Shown: positions 28,180 to 37,626 of the stretch, piece by piece
Layout: each line of letters starts with the position of its first letter
Numbering within the stretch: position 1 is the first letter of the stretch
Sequence record: PV745554.1
Length of the DNA stretch: 64,000 nucleotides
Direction: 5' to 3' (one strand)
Notes under the pieces: model-generated
The model's input: only the letters and a program-made list of their open reading frames with translations
What the model was told of the DNA's origin: nothing
The model's database searches: none
Position numbers and translations under genes: made by a program

Positions 28180-29514
28180 CTAGCGAAGGACGGTGAGGGT
28201 TTCGGCCGCGCGCGTGACGGCCGTGTAGAGCCACTTGTCTTCGTCGGCGCGGAAGCAGCCGGACTCGTCGATCACGACGACGTCCTTCCACTGCGAGCCC
28301 TGCGAGGCGTGGCAGGTGATGGCGTAGGCCCAGTCGGCGACGATCGAGTTCTTCAGCGCCCGCCACGCCTTCTGCTCAGGCGCGGTGTAGCCCTTGGGCG
28401 TGCGCGAGAAGTGCTCCTCGAACATGCCCTGGAACATCATCTTGTCGTGGTGCTCGACCCCGTTTTCTTCCTGGAACGAGCCCATGAAGGTGGCGTCGCC
28501 CTTGGTGAAGCTGACGTCCTTGATCGAGGTGACCTCGGTGCCGTTGGTCAGGTCGGGGTTGTCGCGGACGTTCTTGCGGATCATCAGCGGCTCGCCCTTC
28601 TGGGGGCCGACGCGCTCGCCGGGGTACTCGACGAAGCCGAACTCCGAACGCAGTTGCTGGTTGGTGTTCCAGCGCGTCTTGTTGCGGCCGACGATGAACT
28701 GCGGGCGGTCCTCGAAATCGAAGACCTCCTCGTATTCCTGGCGCCGCATGACCTTCACGCCGCTGCCGTAGTCGCGGTACGGCAGGTCCTTGCCTTCGCG
28801 CGCCAGGGTCGACAGGTGGATGATCGGATTGTCCTTGGCCTGACGGTGGATTTCCGACAGGAAGAAGTCGGGGTCGTCCGCCAGCAGGCCGGCGGCGTCC
28901 TCGACCGGCGGAAGCTGACCAGGATCGCCCATGGCGAAGATCGGCACGCCGAATTCCATCAGGTCGTCGGTCATGCGCCGGCCGACCATGGAGGCTTCGT
29001 CGACCACGATCAGGCTGGCCAGTTGGATGGCGCTGTCGGGGTTGAGTTGGAAGTTGATCTTGTCCTCGCGGTACGCGGCGCTGAGTTCGGCCTCCAGGCG
29101 CGTGATCAGCTTGCGTTGCGTGAAGATGTGCTGATCCTTGTCGGGATCGCCGCCGTCCATGGCGCACAGGTACATCGCCTCCGAGAGCGCTTCCCGGTGG
29201 TTTTCCAGGTCGGTTTCCAGTTGCGAGATCGGCGCCGGCTTGGCGCGATAGATCGACGAGTGGATCGTGCCGGCGTTGGTGTTGGGGTAGCCCTGGGCCT
29301 TGAGCTTGGTGCGCATGACCTTGGCGGCCTTGCCCGTCGGGGCGACGAAGGCCACCGTCTCGGGCGCGATGCCGAGGGTGTCGAGGATGAAGGGCAGGAT
29401 GGTCGACTTGCCCGAGCCGGCGAAGCCGGTCATGGTCGTCAGAGGCTGGCCGTCCTTGATCTTCTCAACGACGACCTTGCGGCACTTGTCCTGTTGATCG
29501 CTGAGAGTCGTCAT
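28180..29514 (-). CDS. SF1 RecD/Dda-like DNA helicase
   Basis: GFAGSGKS, APTGKAA, VDEASMV, GDPGQLPPV, AYAITCHASQGSQW, YTAVTRA. Confidence 0.92.
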   Translation of the reverse strand: MTTLSDQQDKCRKVVVEKIKDGQPLTTMTGFAGSGKSTILPFILDTLGIAPETVAFVAPTGKAAKVMRTKLKAQGYPNTNAGTIHSSIYRAKPAPISQLETDLENHREALSEAMYLCAMDGGDPDKDQHIFTQRKLITRLEAELSAAYREDKINFQLNPDSAIQLASLIVVDEASMVGRRMTDDLMEFGVPIFAMGDPGQLPPVEDAAGLLADDPDFFLSEIHRQAKDNPIIHLSTLAREGKDLPYRDYGSGVKVMRRQEYEEVFDFEDRPQFIVGRNKTRWNTNQQLRSEFGFVEYPGERVGPQKGEPLMIRKNVRDNPDLTNGTEVTSIKDVSFTKGDATFMGSFQEENGVEHHDKMMFQGMFEEHFSRTPKGYTAPEQKAWRALKNSIVADWAYAITCHASQGSQWKDVVVIDESGCFRADEDKWLYTAVTRAAETLTVLR

Positions 29515-29586
29515 CGGGGTCTTTCGGGCGCGAGCAAGGGAACCCGCCCGGACAAGCCGGGCGGGTTGGTCGAAGCAGGGAGGTGC

Positions 29587-30729
29587 TTAGAAGCGACCGC
29601 GCGCGCGCGGCTTTTCCTCGTCCTTGCCCTTGTCGTCCTCGTCGTCGCGGCTCGAACGACGGCTCGAACGCTCTTCACGTTCGTCGCGGTCGTCACGATC
29701 GTCGTCGCGCGAACGGCGGGCCGGACGCTCGTCCTCGTCGTCGCGGCTCGAACGACGCGCCGGGCGCTCTTCGTCCTCGTCACGCGAGCGGCGGGCCGGG
29801 CGTTCCTCGCGGTCGTCCTTGGCCTTGTCGTCCTCGTCGTCACGGCTCGAACGACGGCTCGAACGCTCTTCGCGCTCGTCTTCCTTGTCGTCGCGGGCCG
29901 AGCGGCGGGTCGAGCGCTCTTCACGATCGTCCTCGTCGTCGCGGCTCGACCGGCGGCTCGAACGCTCTTCGCGCTCGCTGCGGTCGTCACGATCGTCGTC
30001 GCGCGAACGGCGGGCCGGACGCTCGTCTTCGTCCTCGCGACCACGGCGCGAGCCGCGCTTGTCTTCGAGGGCCTTGCCCTTGCCGGCGTCGTAGTCTTCC
30101 TGCGAGCCCTCGACCAGGGAGGCGAGGTCCTTCTCCGACATCCAGTCGACGATCTTGAACTTGGGCGCGTACTTGGTGACCTTACGGCCGCCCTTGGTCT
30201 TGCCCTCGAACTCGTTGGAGTCCAGTTCGATGATCGGCAGTTCGCCGGGGTGATTGCGGAAGCTGTTGCCGAAGTCCTTCAGGAACGCGGCCAGCGCGCG
30301 GCGCTTGGACACGTTGTTGGCCTGGAAGACCATCTCGACGTAGGGCTCGTCGATCAGACGGAAGTCGATCGTGTACTGCTCGACCGGGCCGTCTTCTTCG
30401 CCGTAGGGGCCGTGGTCGGGCAGGCTACCCTTGGTCGGCTGCGGGCCGTCCGCCAGGGCGACCATTTCTTCGTAGACGACCTTGCCGTCCACCCAGATCA
30501 CCCAGCCGCGCTTGTAGGAGCGCAGGTTCGCGGCCATCCGCGTCTTGTTCTTCAGCGGCTCGTCTTCGGCGCCGTAGGAGAACGAGCCGTCGTTGCCGTC
30601 GAACTTCATGAAGGCCTTGCCGTCGCCGCCGCCCTTGAGGTTGTTGGCCTCGGTGGCGATCATGGCGTAGAAATCGTCGTTCGACGTCAGGTAGCCGCCG
30701 TTCGAACGGGTGGTCACTTCGTTACCCAT
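29587..30729 (-). CDS. Putative ssDNA-binding/recombination protein with R/D/E/S-rich repetitive tail
   Basis: FMKFDGNDG...PIIELDSNEF...YAPKFKIVDW core in a replication module; ~160-aa low-complexity tail; function inferred. Confidence 0.55.
   Translation of the reverse strand: MGNEVTTRSNGGYLTSNDDFYAMIATEANNLKGGGDGKAFMKFDGNDGSFSYGAEDEPLKNKTRMAANLRSYKRGWVIWVDGKVVYEEMVALADGPQPTKGSLPDHGPYGEEDGPVEQYTIDFRLIDEPYVEMVFQANNVSKRRALAAFLKDFGNSFRNHPGELPIIELDSNEFEGKTKGGRKVTKYAPKFKIVDWMSEKDLASLVEGSQEDYDAGKGKALEDKRGSRRGREDEDERPARRSRDDDRDDRSEREERSSRRSSRDDEDDREERSTRRSARDDKEDEREERSSRRSSRDDEDDKAKDDREERPARRSRDEDEERPARRSSRDDEDERPARRSRDDDRDDRDEREERSSRRSSRDDEDDKGKDEEKPRARGRF
29590..30060 (-). repeat. Imperfect tandem repeats encoding RRSSRDDEDD / ERPARRSRD
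   Basis: e.g. TCGTCGTCGCGGCTCGAACGACGGCTCGAACGCTCTTC recurring on +. Confidence 0.85.
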
Positions 30730-30840
30730 AGTGCTGATGCCTATTTTCTGGGAGTTCCCCGGAAGCGAGATTGCCTCCGGGGCTGTTTCTAGGACTAGAC
30801 TGAGACTAGCTAGGACTGAGGGAAGACAACCGAAGTAGAG

Positions 30841-31977
30841 CTATTCCTCGTCCGCCTTCTGAGCACCCTTTTCAGAGATGTTCAGGCGGCCGTGGCCTTC
30901 GCCTTCCTTCATGTAGTCTTCGATATTGAGACCATGTTCAGCCAGCGCTTCGCGAACCGCGCCGGTGTCGAGGGTCTTGCGACCCTTGATCCAGGAGATG
31001 GAGCCCTTGATCTTGCCGTCCGCAGACTTCGCGACCCGGACCCCGGTATTCGTGAACCACTGCTTCAGAGCCTCCGAAGCAGCTTTGTGGCCCACTTCGG
31101 CCGCCTTTTTCGCAGCCGAGGCGCACCGCTCCTCGACCACAAGGCGTTCGAACTCAGCCAGGATGGGCAGCGGCGTCTCCTTGGAGTTCGCTTCGCCCTT
31201 CGTGGGGGTTGACTTTTTGATGGTCTGCGCGCAGGCGACCTTGTAGGGGCAGTACGTGCAGGAACTGTCGATCTTGCCCTCGGCCATGATCACCGAGGGG
31301 TCTTCGATCTCGAAGACGTCGCGCGCCCGCTGCATGGCGACGTCGAACGCCTTCTGGTCGTAAGGCACGACGAAGATTTCGATGTCGTCGAAGAAGCTGG
31401 CGTCGACGTAGATGATCACCGCGTAGTTCGGCCGCCACGACGAAAGCTGGCGCGTAAGGCCCATCTGGACGATCGTCTGGCCACGGTGAATCGCCTTCTC
31501 CTCCTTGAGGTTCACGCGCGGGTCGACCGACTTGATCTCCAGGTTGAAGCAGTTGGAGGGATGCTCGACGTCCTTGCGCGAGCCGCCCAGCGAGGCGATC
31601 CCGTACTGGGCCAGGGCGTCGTCATCGGCGTAGATCACCAGACCGTCGGGCGTGGCCGACAGCGGCGCCTCGGGCGAGATGAGGGTCTTCTGGTTGGCGC
31701 CGCCCCAGATCAGTTGGGCGTCACGCGTCATGTTCTCCATGATCCACTTGACGCCGGGCTCGACGAAGTGGTTTTCCATCATGTCGCCGCGCTGGAGCGC
31801 GCCCCACGATTGCTCGTAGTCGGGGTCCTTGTCGGCGCCGTGCTTGGCGTACCAGACCTTGCGCAGGCACCCGAAGGCCTCGGACGCGCCCACGGACTTG
31901 GTCCGGTCGTGCTTCCAGACCTTCTGGCGGGAGTTCACCCACTTGTCGAAGCCGTCTTTGAAATCGATCGCAGCCAT
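30841..31977 (-). CDS. PD-(D/E)XK exonuclease (Cas4-like, standalone)
   Basis: SEAFGCLRKVWY, ATPDG, LEIKS, QTIVQMG, CTYCPYKVAC. Confidence 0.8.
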   Translation of the reverse strand: MAAIDFKDGFDKWVNSRQKVWKHDRTKSVGASEAFGCLRKVWYAKHGADKDPDYEQSWGALQRGDMMENHFVEPGVKWIMENMTRDAQLIWGGANQKTLISPEAPLSATPDGLVIYADDDALAQYGIASLGGSRKDVEHPSNCFNLEIKSVDPRVNLKEEKAIHRGQTIVQMGLTRQLSSWRPNYAVIIYVDASFFDDIEIFVVPYDQKAFDVAMQRARDVFEIEDPSVIMAEGKIDSSCTYCPYKVACAQTIKKSTPTKGEANSKETPLPILAEFERLVVEERCASAAKKAAEVGHKAASEALKQWFTNTGVRVAKSADGKIKGSISWIKGRKTLDTGAVREALAEHGLNIEDYMKEGEGHGRLNISEKGAQKADEE

Positions 31978-32052
31978 CTAGCGCACCGCCGTCATAAATT
32001 CCTGGTTTCGTGACTAGGGTTCATCCAGGGTCACGGGCCTGGGACGCGGGAA

Positions 32053-32136
32053 CTAGGTCCGGTCGAGCCGGTTGCGCAGCCAGATCAGGCCGCAGATCGC
32101 GGCGGCGACCAGGAGGGTCAGGATGATGTCGTTCAC
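32053..32136 (-). CDS. Small membrane peptide (27 aa)
   Basis: GTG overlaps the stop of the upstream gene (GTGA); MNDIILTLLVAAAICGLIWLRNRLDRT; not in the ORF track. Confidence 0.5.
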   Translation of the reverse strand: MNDIILTLLVAAAICGLIWLRNRLDRT

Positions 32137-32762
32137 GCCGCCTTCTCCTGGCGCTTGGCCTCCACCATGTCCTGCATGGCGTAGTAGCAGCGGCGCGTGG
32201 CCTGGACGTCGGCGATCGCGGTGTGGGCGTCTTCGAAGCCTTCGCCGGTCAGGTGCTTGTGCAGGTCGATCAGCTTGGGCTTGCGATAGCCGCCCTGACG
32301 CGAGGGCAGCTTCATCAGCGGCGTGCCCGCCACGATGGTGTCGAACATCGACTTGCCTTCGAACGGATCGGCGTCGGGCCGGCCCAGGACGCGGCGCACC
32401 ACGTTGGTCACGATCTTGTTGTCGAAGGAGATGTGGTTATGCCCGACGATCACGTCGGCGACGGCGACCATGTCCATGAAGGCTTCGATCGCGATCGCCT
32501 CGGTCATGCCGATCTTCTCGGAGATGTCGGGCGAGACGCCGTGGATGGCGGCGGCGCCGCCCTTGCCGTCGCGGCCGATCGTCCAATCGCTCAGGACGCT
32601 GGTCGGGACCGTGCCCAGGCTCAGGATCGTGTCGAGGCGGGCGGCCTCGCGCCGGTCCGGATAAGCCAGGATCGCACCCAGTTGGACGATGCGGGGCTGC
32701 TCATCCAGGGGCTTCTTGCTGTCCGGAAAACCGGTGGTCTCGGTGTCGTAAAAAAGGATCAT
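32133..32762 (-). CDS. DEDDh 3'-5' exonuclease (DnaQ-like)
   Basis: YDTETTG, GHNHISFD, AHTAIADV; ATG 32762 preferred since TTG 32816 lies in the -35 box. Confidence 0.9.
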   Translation of the reverse strand: MILFYDTETTGFPDSKKPLDEQPRIVQLGAILAYPDRREAARLDTILSLGTVPTSVLSDWTIGRDGKGGAAAIHGVSPDISEKIGMTEAIAIEAFMDMVAVADVIVGHNHISFDNKIVTNVVRRVLGRPDADPFEGKSMFDTIVAGTPLMKLPSRQGGYRKPKLIDLHKHLTGEGFEDAHTAIADVQATRRCYYAMQDMVEAKRQEKAA

Positions 32763-32810
32763 CGGGGCGATCTCGTTCGGGAGTGTCTTGTTAACCAAGT
32801 TCCGGATGGG

Positions 32811-32827
32811 TGTCAAGATTCACGACA
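32811..32827 (-). promoter_or_regulatory. Motif TGTCGTGAATCTTGACA (on -)
   Basis: Perfect copy; TTAACCAA at 32791-32798. Confidence 0.75.
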
Positions 32828-32834
32828 TCGAAAG

Positions 32835-33497
32835 TCACGAAGGATGACGCACGGCCTTGATGATCTCGTAGATGCGCTGCACCGACAGGCCCAGGTCCGC
32901 CGCGATCGACGACACCGGCTCGCCGTCGGCGTAGCGCTTCTCGGTCCAGGCGTAGTGCGCCTTCTTGGTCTCCTCGCGCTTGGCCTTGGCCTCGGGCGCG
33001 TGGCGGTCGATGAAGCGGTAGATCGCGATCCGCGAGACGCCGTACTGCTGGGCGATGAACGGCACGGGGGCGAAGCTGGTGAATTGCAGGACGATGTCGT
33101 CGGCGTGGTCGGCGAGGGCCATGTTGTGCTCCAGGGTGTCGAGGGCGCGGTCGATCACCACCGCCGCGCGCTTGGAAGGCTGTTTGGTCAGGAAGCCGCA
33201 GAGGCGGCCGGCGGCGTAGGGCGGCTCGCACCCTTCGATGAGGTATTGCTCGGCGGTCGGGTCCAGCCGCTCGCCGGCCTTGTTCGCCAGCCACCAGTGG
33301 GTGCCGCCGTCAGGGTCCGGCGCGACCATGGGCCGCCAGGGGCCGTCGAGACCGCCGGACAGATGCCAGAGTGCCTCGGAGGCGACATAGCAGTGCCCGG
33401 CGGTCGGGTTCGAAGCCGTGTACGCGGAACGATAGGGCTCGCGCAGAAGCTCGGGTGTGAGGGCGCCCTGCACCGCTCTGAGGGTCTCGATGTCCAT
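32835..33497 (-). CDS. Hypothetical protein with C-terminal HTH-like motifs
   Basis: TGATG overlap with polA stop; GHCYVASEALWH; VSSIAADLGLSVQRIYEII. Confidence 0.65.
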   Translation of the reverse strand: MDIETLRAVQGALTPELLREPYRSAYTASNPTAGHCYVASEALWHLSGGLDGPWRPMVAPDPDGGTHWWLANKAGERLDPTAEQYLIEGCEPPYAAGRLCGFLTKQPSKRAAVVIDRALDTLEHNMALADHADDIVLQFTSFAPVPFIAQQYGVSRIAIYRFIDRHAPEAKAKREETKKAHYAWTEKRYADGEPVSSIAADLGLSVQRIYEIIKAVRHPS

Positions 33498-35743
33498 CAA
33501 TGGGTTTCCGCCCACGTGCGGCCCCACTTGACGTCGACATCGACGGGCAGGCGGAAGTCGAACCGGTGCCCGGCTTCCTTCGCCGCGTCGACGATGTTGC
33601 GGCGGCAGATTTCCTTGACCGCCGGATCGTCGCGCACGGCGACCTGCATTTCGTCGTGAACCCAGGCCAGCACCGCGTAGTCGCCGTCCCAGCCGTGGAC
33701 GAGGCCGTCGTCTTCGTTGAAGGTCTCGAAGTTGACGCACCAGCCCTTGGCGATGGTCGCGCCGGCGCCCTGGAGCTTGGTGTTGAGCGCCGAGTGCTTG
33801 GCCCGCACGTAGAGCAGGCGCCCGTCGAGCGCGTCGACATAGCCGCGCTTGGCCTCGCGCTGAACGGCCTTGACGACCTGTTGCAGCGCCGGGATGCGCG
33901 TCATAATGCGGCGGCGCATTTCCGAGCCCAGGGCCTTGGCCTTGGCGACGTTCATCGTCAGGGTCGGATCGACGGTGCAGCCCAGCTTGTAGTCCTGGGC
34001 GCCGTAGATCATGGCGTAGATGAAGGTCTTGGCGGTGTCGCGAGACTCCATTTCCATGGCGGCTTGGTGGACGCCGTGGACGTCGCCATCCAGGACGATC
34101 TTGCCGTACTGGCCGTTGTCGAACTCCGCCATGAAGTGCGCCAGACAGCGCAGTTCGATACCCGCTTGGTCGGCGCCCATGAGGACCCAGCCCTCGGGCA
34201 CGTAGAAGAGGTCGCGGCTATCCCAGCCGTGGTCGCCCTCGCGGCCCTTCATCAGGACCTTCTTGGTGACCACCTCGCCCTTCTCGTTGAGCGTGAACTC
34301 GCCCTCGGGCGTCAGCACCGGCCGGCCACGGATTTGCTTGCCGTCCGGGCCGAGCAGCGGGACCTTCTTGGCCTCGTCCTTCCACTGCGGCGGCGACTTG
34401 AAGACGACGCGCGGGACCTGGGCGATGTTGGGGTTGGAGTGCGAGGCGCGGTTGGTCACCGTGCCGCCCACGTTGACGCGGCCGTGAATCTTGCCGTCGC
34501 CGTTCCATTCCTCGCACTTCGCCAGCCAGCCGTTCTTGCCGTCGACCAGTTGCCCCAGGCGCTTCTTGTAGTAGAAGATTTCCGCCAGGGTCTCGCAGAT
34601 CGGAATGACCAGCTTCTTGGTGTTTTCGTCCTCGGCCTTGGCCAGATCGCGCAGCACCTCATCGTCGACGACGGGGGCGTTGTTCTCAGTGAACTCCTGG
34701 GGCTCCCAGCCGTAGACCTTGGTCAGGCGGTCAACGATCTGCTGGCGCGAGTTCGGGTTGAACGGGGTGATCTTGACCGGGCAGAACGGCGCGCCGGCGG
34801 TGCGGTCGCCCTTCATCGGGTCCTTGTACTTGACGTCGCGCGAGGGCACCGTGACCTCGGCCCAGTGGTCGCGCGAGTCGTCCTCGCCAAACTCCGGGCG
34901 CGGGCGATAGGAGACCTGATCCTTCTCGGGCTTGCCGGTCTCGGGCGAGCAGTAGGTGGTCGACTTGTTCTTCCGCAGCCACTTGCCCGGCACCCACCAC
35001 GAGCCGAAGTGCTCGATGGCCTCGTCCGACATCTTGGTGTGGGCCGTGCGCAGTTCGTCTTCGAGCCGGCGCGCGCGCTCGCGGTGGAACGGGAAGCCGT
35101 TGCGCTGCACCCGCTCCATCATGTCGTGGACCATGTGTTCGAGCGTGATCGCGGTCTTGGACCACGGCCGGCTCTCGATCTTGCGCCACAGGGCCTCGGT
35201 GACCTCGACGTCCTGGATGGCGTAGTCTTCCATGTCCTGGTTCCAGGAGCCCCAGACGTAGCGGCTGATCTCCGCCTTGTCCGTGATGCCCTTGGCCTTG
35301 GCCTCTTCCTCGGCGACGTCGGCATAGTCGCCCTTGGGGAAGCCCAGGCGCTGGCCCCAGGCCCCCAGTTCGTGCGAGCCGATGTAGCCGCCGTAGAGGT
35401 CGCCGCGCTTCCACATGCGGAAGTCGTCGTCCTTGAGGTCGGCGAACAGCATCCGCGTCATCACCAGGGTGTCGCGCAGGATGCCTTGCGGATTGAACTT
35501 GTTGCCGTAGACCTTCTTCAGGGCCTCGCAGTCGAAGCCCACGATGTTGTGGCCGATCAACATCTCGGCCTCGTTCAGCATCTTGACGCCTTCGAGGATG
35601 TTGTCCTCGCGCTTGTTGCGGTGGAAGACCCACCGCTGGCGCGTGTCAGCGTCCTTGATCACCAGGATGTGGATGCGCGTCAGTTGCAGCAGCAGCCCAT
35701 CGGTTTCCAAGTCGAAGAGGAGGCGGCGCTTACGCAGCTTCAT
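33497..35743 (-). CDS. polA: DNA polymerase family A (T7-like) with 3'-5' exonuclease
   Basis: FDLETDG, GHNIVGFD, DQAGIELR (A), AKTFIYAMIYG (B), WVHDE (C). Confidence 0.96.
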   Translation of the reverse strand: MKLRKRRLLFDLETDGLLLQLTRIHILVIKDADTRQRWVFHRNKREDNILEGVKMLNEAEMLIGHNIVGFDCEALKKVYGNKFNPQGILRDTLVMTRMLFADLKDDDFRMWKRGDLYGGYIGSHELGAWGQRLGFPKGDYADVAEEEAKAKGITDKAEISRYVWGSWNQDMEDYAIQDVEVTEALWRKIESRPWSKTAITLEHMVHDMMERVQRNGFPFHRERARRLEDELRTAHTKMSDEAIEHFGSWWVPGKWLRKNKSTTYCSPETGKPEKDQVSYRPRPEFGEDDSRDHWAEVTVPSRDVKYKDPMKGDRTAGAPFCPVKITPFNPNSRQQIVDRLTKVYGWEPQEFTENNAPVVDDEVLRDLAKAEDENTKKLVIPICETLAEIFYYKKRLGQLVDGKNGWLAKCEEWNGDGKIHGRVNVGGTVTNRASHSNPNIAQVPRVVFKSPPQWKDEAKKVPLLGPDGKQIRGRPVLTPEGEFTLNEKGEVVTKKVLMKGREGDHGWDSRDLFYVPEGWVLMGADQAGIELRCLAHFMAEFDNGQYGKIVLDGDVHGVHQAAMEMESRDTAKTFIYAMIYGAQDYKLGCTVDPTLTMNVAKAKALGSEMRRRIMTRIPALQQVVKAVQREAKRGYVDALDGRLLYVRAKHSALNTKLQGAGATIAKGWCVNFETFNEDDGLVHGWDGDYAVLAWVHDEMQVAVRDDPAVKEICRRNIVDAAKEAGHRFDFRLPVDVDVKWGRTWAETH

Positions 35744-36803
35744 GGAGCACCTTGAGAATCTGGTCGCCGATCCAGTCCACCATCGGGACGATCAGGCTGT
35801 TGCCGATGATGGTGCGGCGTTCGGTGTCGGAGAGGCCCGGCACGTCGGTGTGGGTCCCCGACATCCCCATCAGGCGTTCGCACTCGGCCACGGTGTGGTT
35901 GCGGATGCGCCAGTCGCCGCGCTCGTGGACCAGGAGCATGCCGATGCTGGAACCGCCCGAGGCGGTGCGCAGGCAGTTGGCGATCTGGCCGCCTTCTTCG
36001 ATCTGCTGGCCGTCGAAACCGTTGATCACCCGGCCCCGGACGGCGACGGTGCGAGCCCGAAAGACAGGGCGGCCGTCAATTCCGGGGACAACGTCCGTCC
36101 CGCTTTCGTAGCGTTGTCCAAGAGCGTCGCACGGCGGGACGGGCTCATGTACAATGCGGCGGGGATCGATTCCGGAGCGTCGAGTACACGCGACAAGGAC
36201 AAGCCGCCGACGGGACTGGGGGACGCCGAACTCGGGGCCGTCGAAGACCCGCCACGCGATGGCGCGACGGGGTCCCAGCACATAACCACAGTCCGGCCAC
36301 CGACGCCCTGCCTGGATGTCGACACCGTCGGGCTTTCCGTAGGGGTGGAGGGCGTCGCGCTCGCCGGCGAGGCGGCCGAGGAACTTTCCAAAGGCGTTTT
36401 CCTTGTTGTTGAGGAGCTTGACGACGTTCTCGAAGCAGAAGATCGGCGGGTCGATCTCGTCGATCACCCTCACGCCCGAGAGCGTCAGCCGGCCGCGAGG
36501 ATCGCTCAGACCCAGGCCCAGGCCCGCGTCGCTCCACGGCTGGCAGGGGAACGAGGCCCACAGGACGTCGACCTTGCCCTCGTGGGCCGTGCCGTCGATC
36601 TGCTCCAGGTCGCCCAGGTTGGGGACCTCGGCCCAGTGGTGCGCAAGGAGCTTGATCGGCGCGGACGCGATTTCGCTGAAGAAGCGAGCCTTGCCGCCCT
36701 TCTTCTCCCAGGCGTAGGACGGGATGTCCGCGCCGGAGCAAAGGGTCGCAAAGGCCCACGGCTGGACGTCGGAGGCGTCCGCCTGGAGAGGGATCGGGGG
36801 CAT
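35730..36803 (-). CDS. C5 cytosine DNA methyltransferase
   Basis: SFPCQPWS, FENV, GVPQSRRR, ECERLMG, IGNS. Confidence 0.92.
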   Translation of the reverse strand: MPPIPLQADASDVQPWAFATLCSGADIPSYAWEKKGGKARFFSEIASAPIKLLAHHWAEVPNLGDLEQIDGTAHEGKVDVLWASFPCQPWSDAGLGLGLSDPRGRLTLSGVRVIDEIDPPIFCFENVVKLLNNKENAFGKFLGRLAGERDALHPYGKPDGVDIQAGRRWPDCGYVLGPRRAIAWRVFDGPEFGVPQSRRRLVLVACTRRSGIDPRRIVHEPVPPCDALGQRYESGTDVVPGIDGRPVFRARTVAVRGRVINGFDGQQIEEGGQIANCLRTASGGSSIGMLLVHERGDWRIRNHTVAECERLMGMSGTHTDVPGLSDTERRTIIGNSLIVPMVDWIGDQILKVLHEAA

Positions 36804-36857
36804 GAGGTATGGTTAACCGATGTCGTGAATCACGTCAAGAAATGTCGTCGGGGACGA

Positions 36858-37616
36858 CTACTTCTGACCGTTGGCGGCGGCGATCTCGGCGTCGGTGAGG
36901 AGCCGGCGACCGGTGGTCTTGACCTCGCCGCGCCAGACGCGGTCGGCCATCTTCAGGAAGGCCTTGGCGACCTTCTGCTTGTTCTCGTGGCCGATGTGGC
37001 GCGCCATCGACAGCGGCCAGCGCGGGGGCAGGGCGTAGAAGAACATCACCCCCGGCTTGGTGTAGGCGTCGACGACGAAGTCGCCGGCCATCCGCTGGTT
37101 GACCGAGAACGACTGGTCGCCCAGGATCGCGGTGTTGGTGTCGTCATAGTAGCCGATGCCGAGCCTGATCTTGTCGATCGCGCTGTCGTAGGCCAGCCAG
37201 ATGAGGCGCCCGTCACCCAGGCTGACCTCGTCGACCTTCCAGTCCTCGGGGTGGCCCCAGACGGCGTCGTGCGCCATCCGGATGGCCTCGGCCAGCAGCG
37301 AGGCGACCGACTTCATCTCGCCGCCGGCCACGAACATGTCGTCGGTCGTGAGGTCGAGGGTCTTGTCGACGCCAAACAGCGGGGCCAGCTTGCCGGCCTT
37401 GAACGAGAAGCCCTCGCGCTCGATCTTGTCGGCGACCTCGTAGGCAAAGCCCGGCTTGAGGTTGAACGTCATCACGTGGGTGATGTTCAGCCCCGAGGCG
37501 GACTCGTGCCCGAGCCCAATCTGGATCGACTGGGTCTCATCGGTGACCAGGGCGTAGAGGAAGCCGCCTTTCGGGCGCGTCGGGAACGGCACGCGGCGGG
37601 AGACGAGAAGGGTCAT
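36858..37616 (-). CDS. Hypothetical protein (252 aa)
   Basis: Co-oriented, GAGG RBS, phage-like codon pattern. Confidence 0.7.
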   Translation of the reverse strand: MTLLVSRRVPFPTRPKGGFLYALVTDETQSIQIGLGHESASGLNITHVMTFNLKPGFAYEVADKIEREGFSFKAGKLAPLFGVDKTLDLTTDDMFVAGGEMKSVASLLAEAIRMAHDAVWGHPEDWKVDEVSLGDGRLIWLAYDSAIDKIRLGIGYYDDTNTAILGDQSFSVNQRMAGDFVVDAYTKPGVMFFYALPPRWPLSMARHIGHENKQKVAKAFLKMADRVWRGEVKTTGRRLLTDAEIAAANGQK

Positions 37617-37626
37617 CGGGGCCTCG

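Noticed and set aside
29590-30060. Repeats as a CRISPR array or mobile element
   Set aside because: In-frame, degenerate coding repeats without unique spacers
30841-31977. Cas4-like nuclease as evidence of CRISPR-Cas
   Set aside because: No repeat-spacer array or other cas genes seen; sits in a replication module
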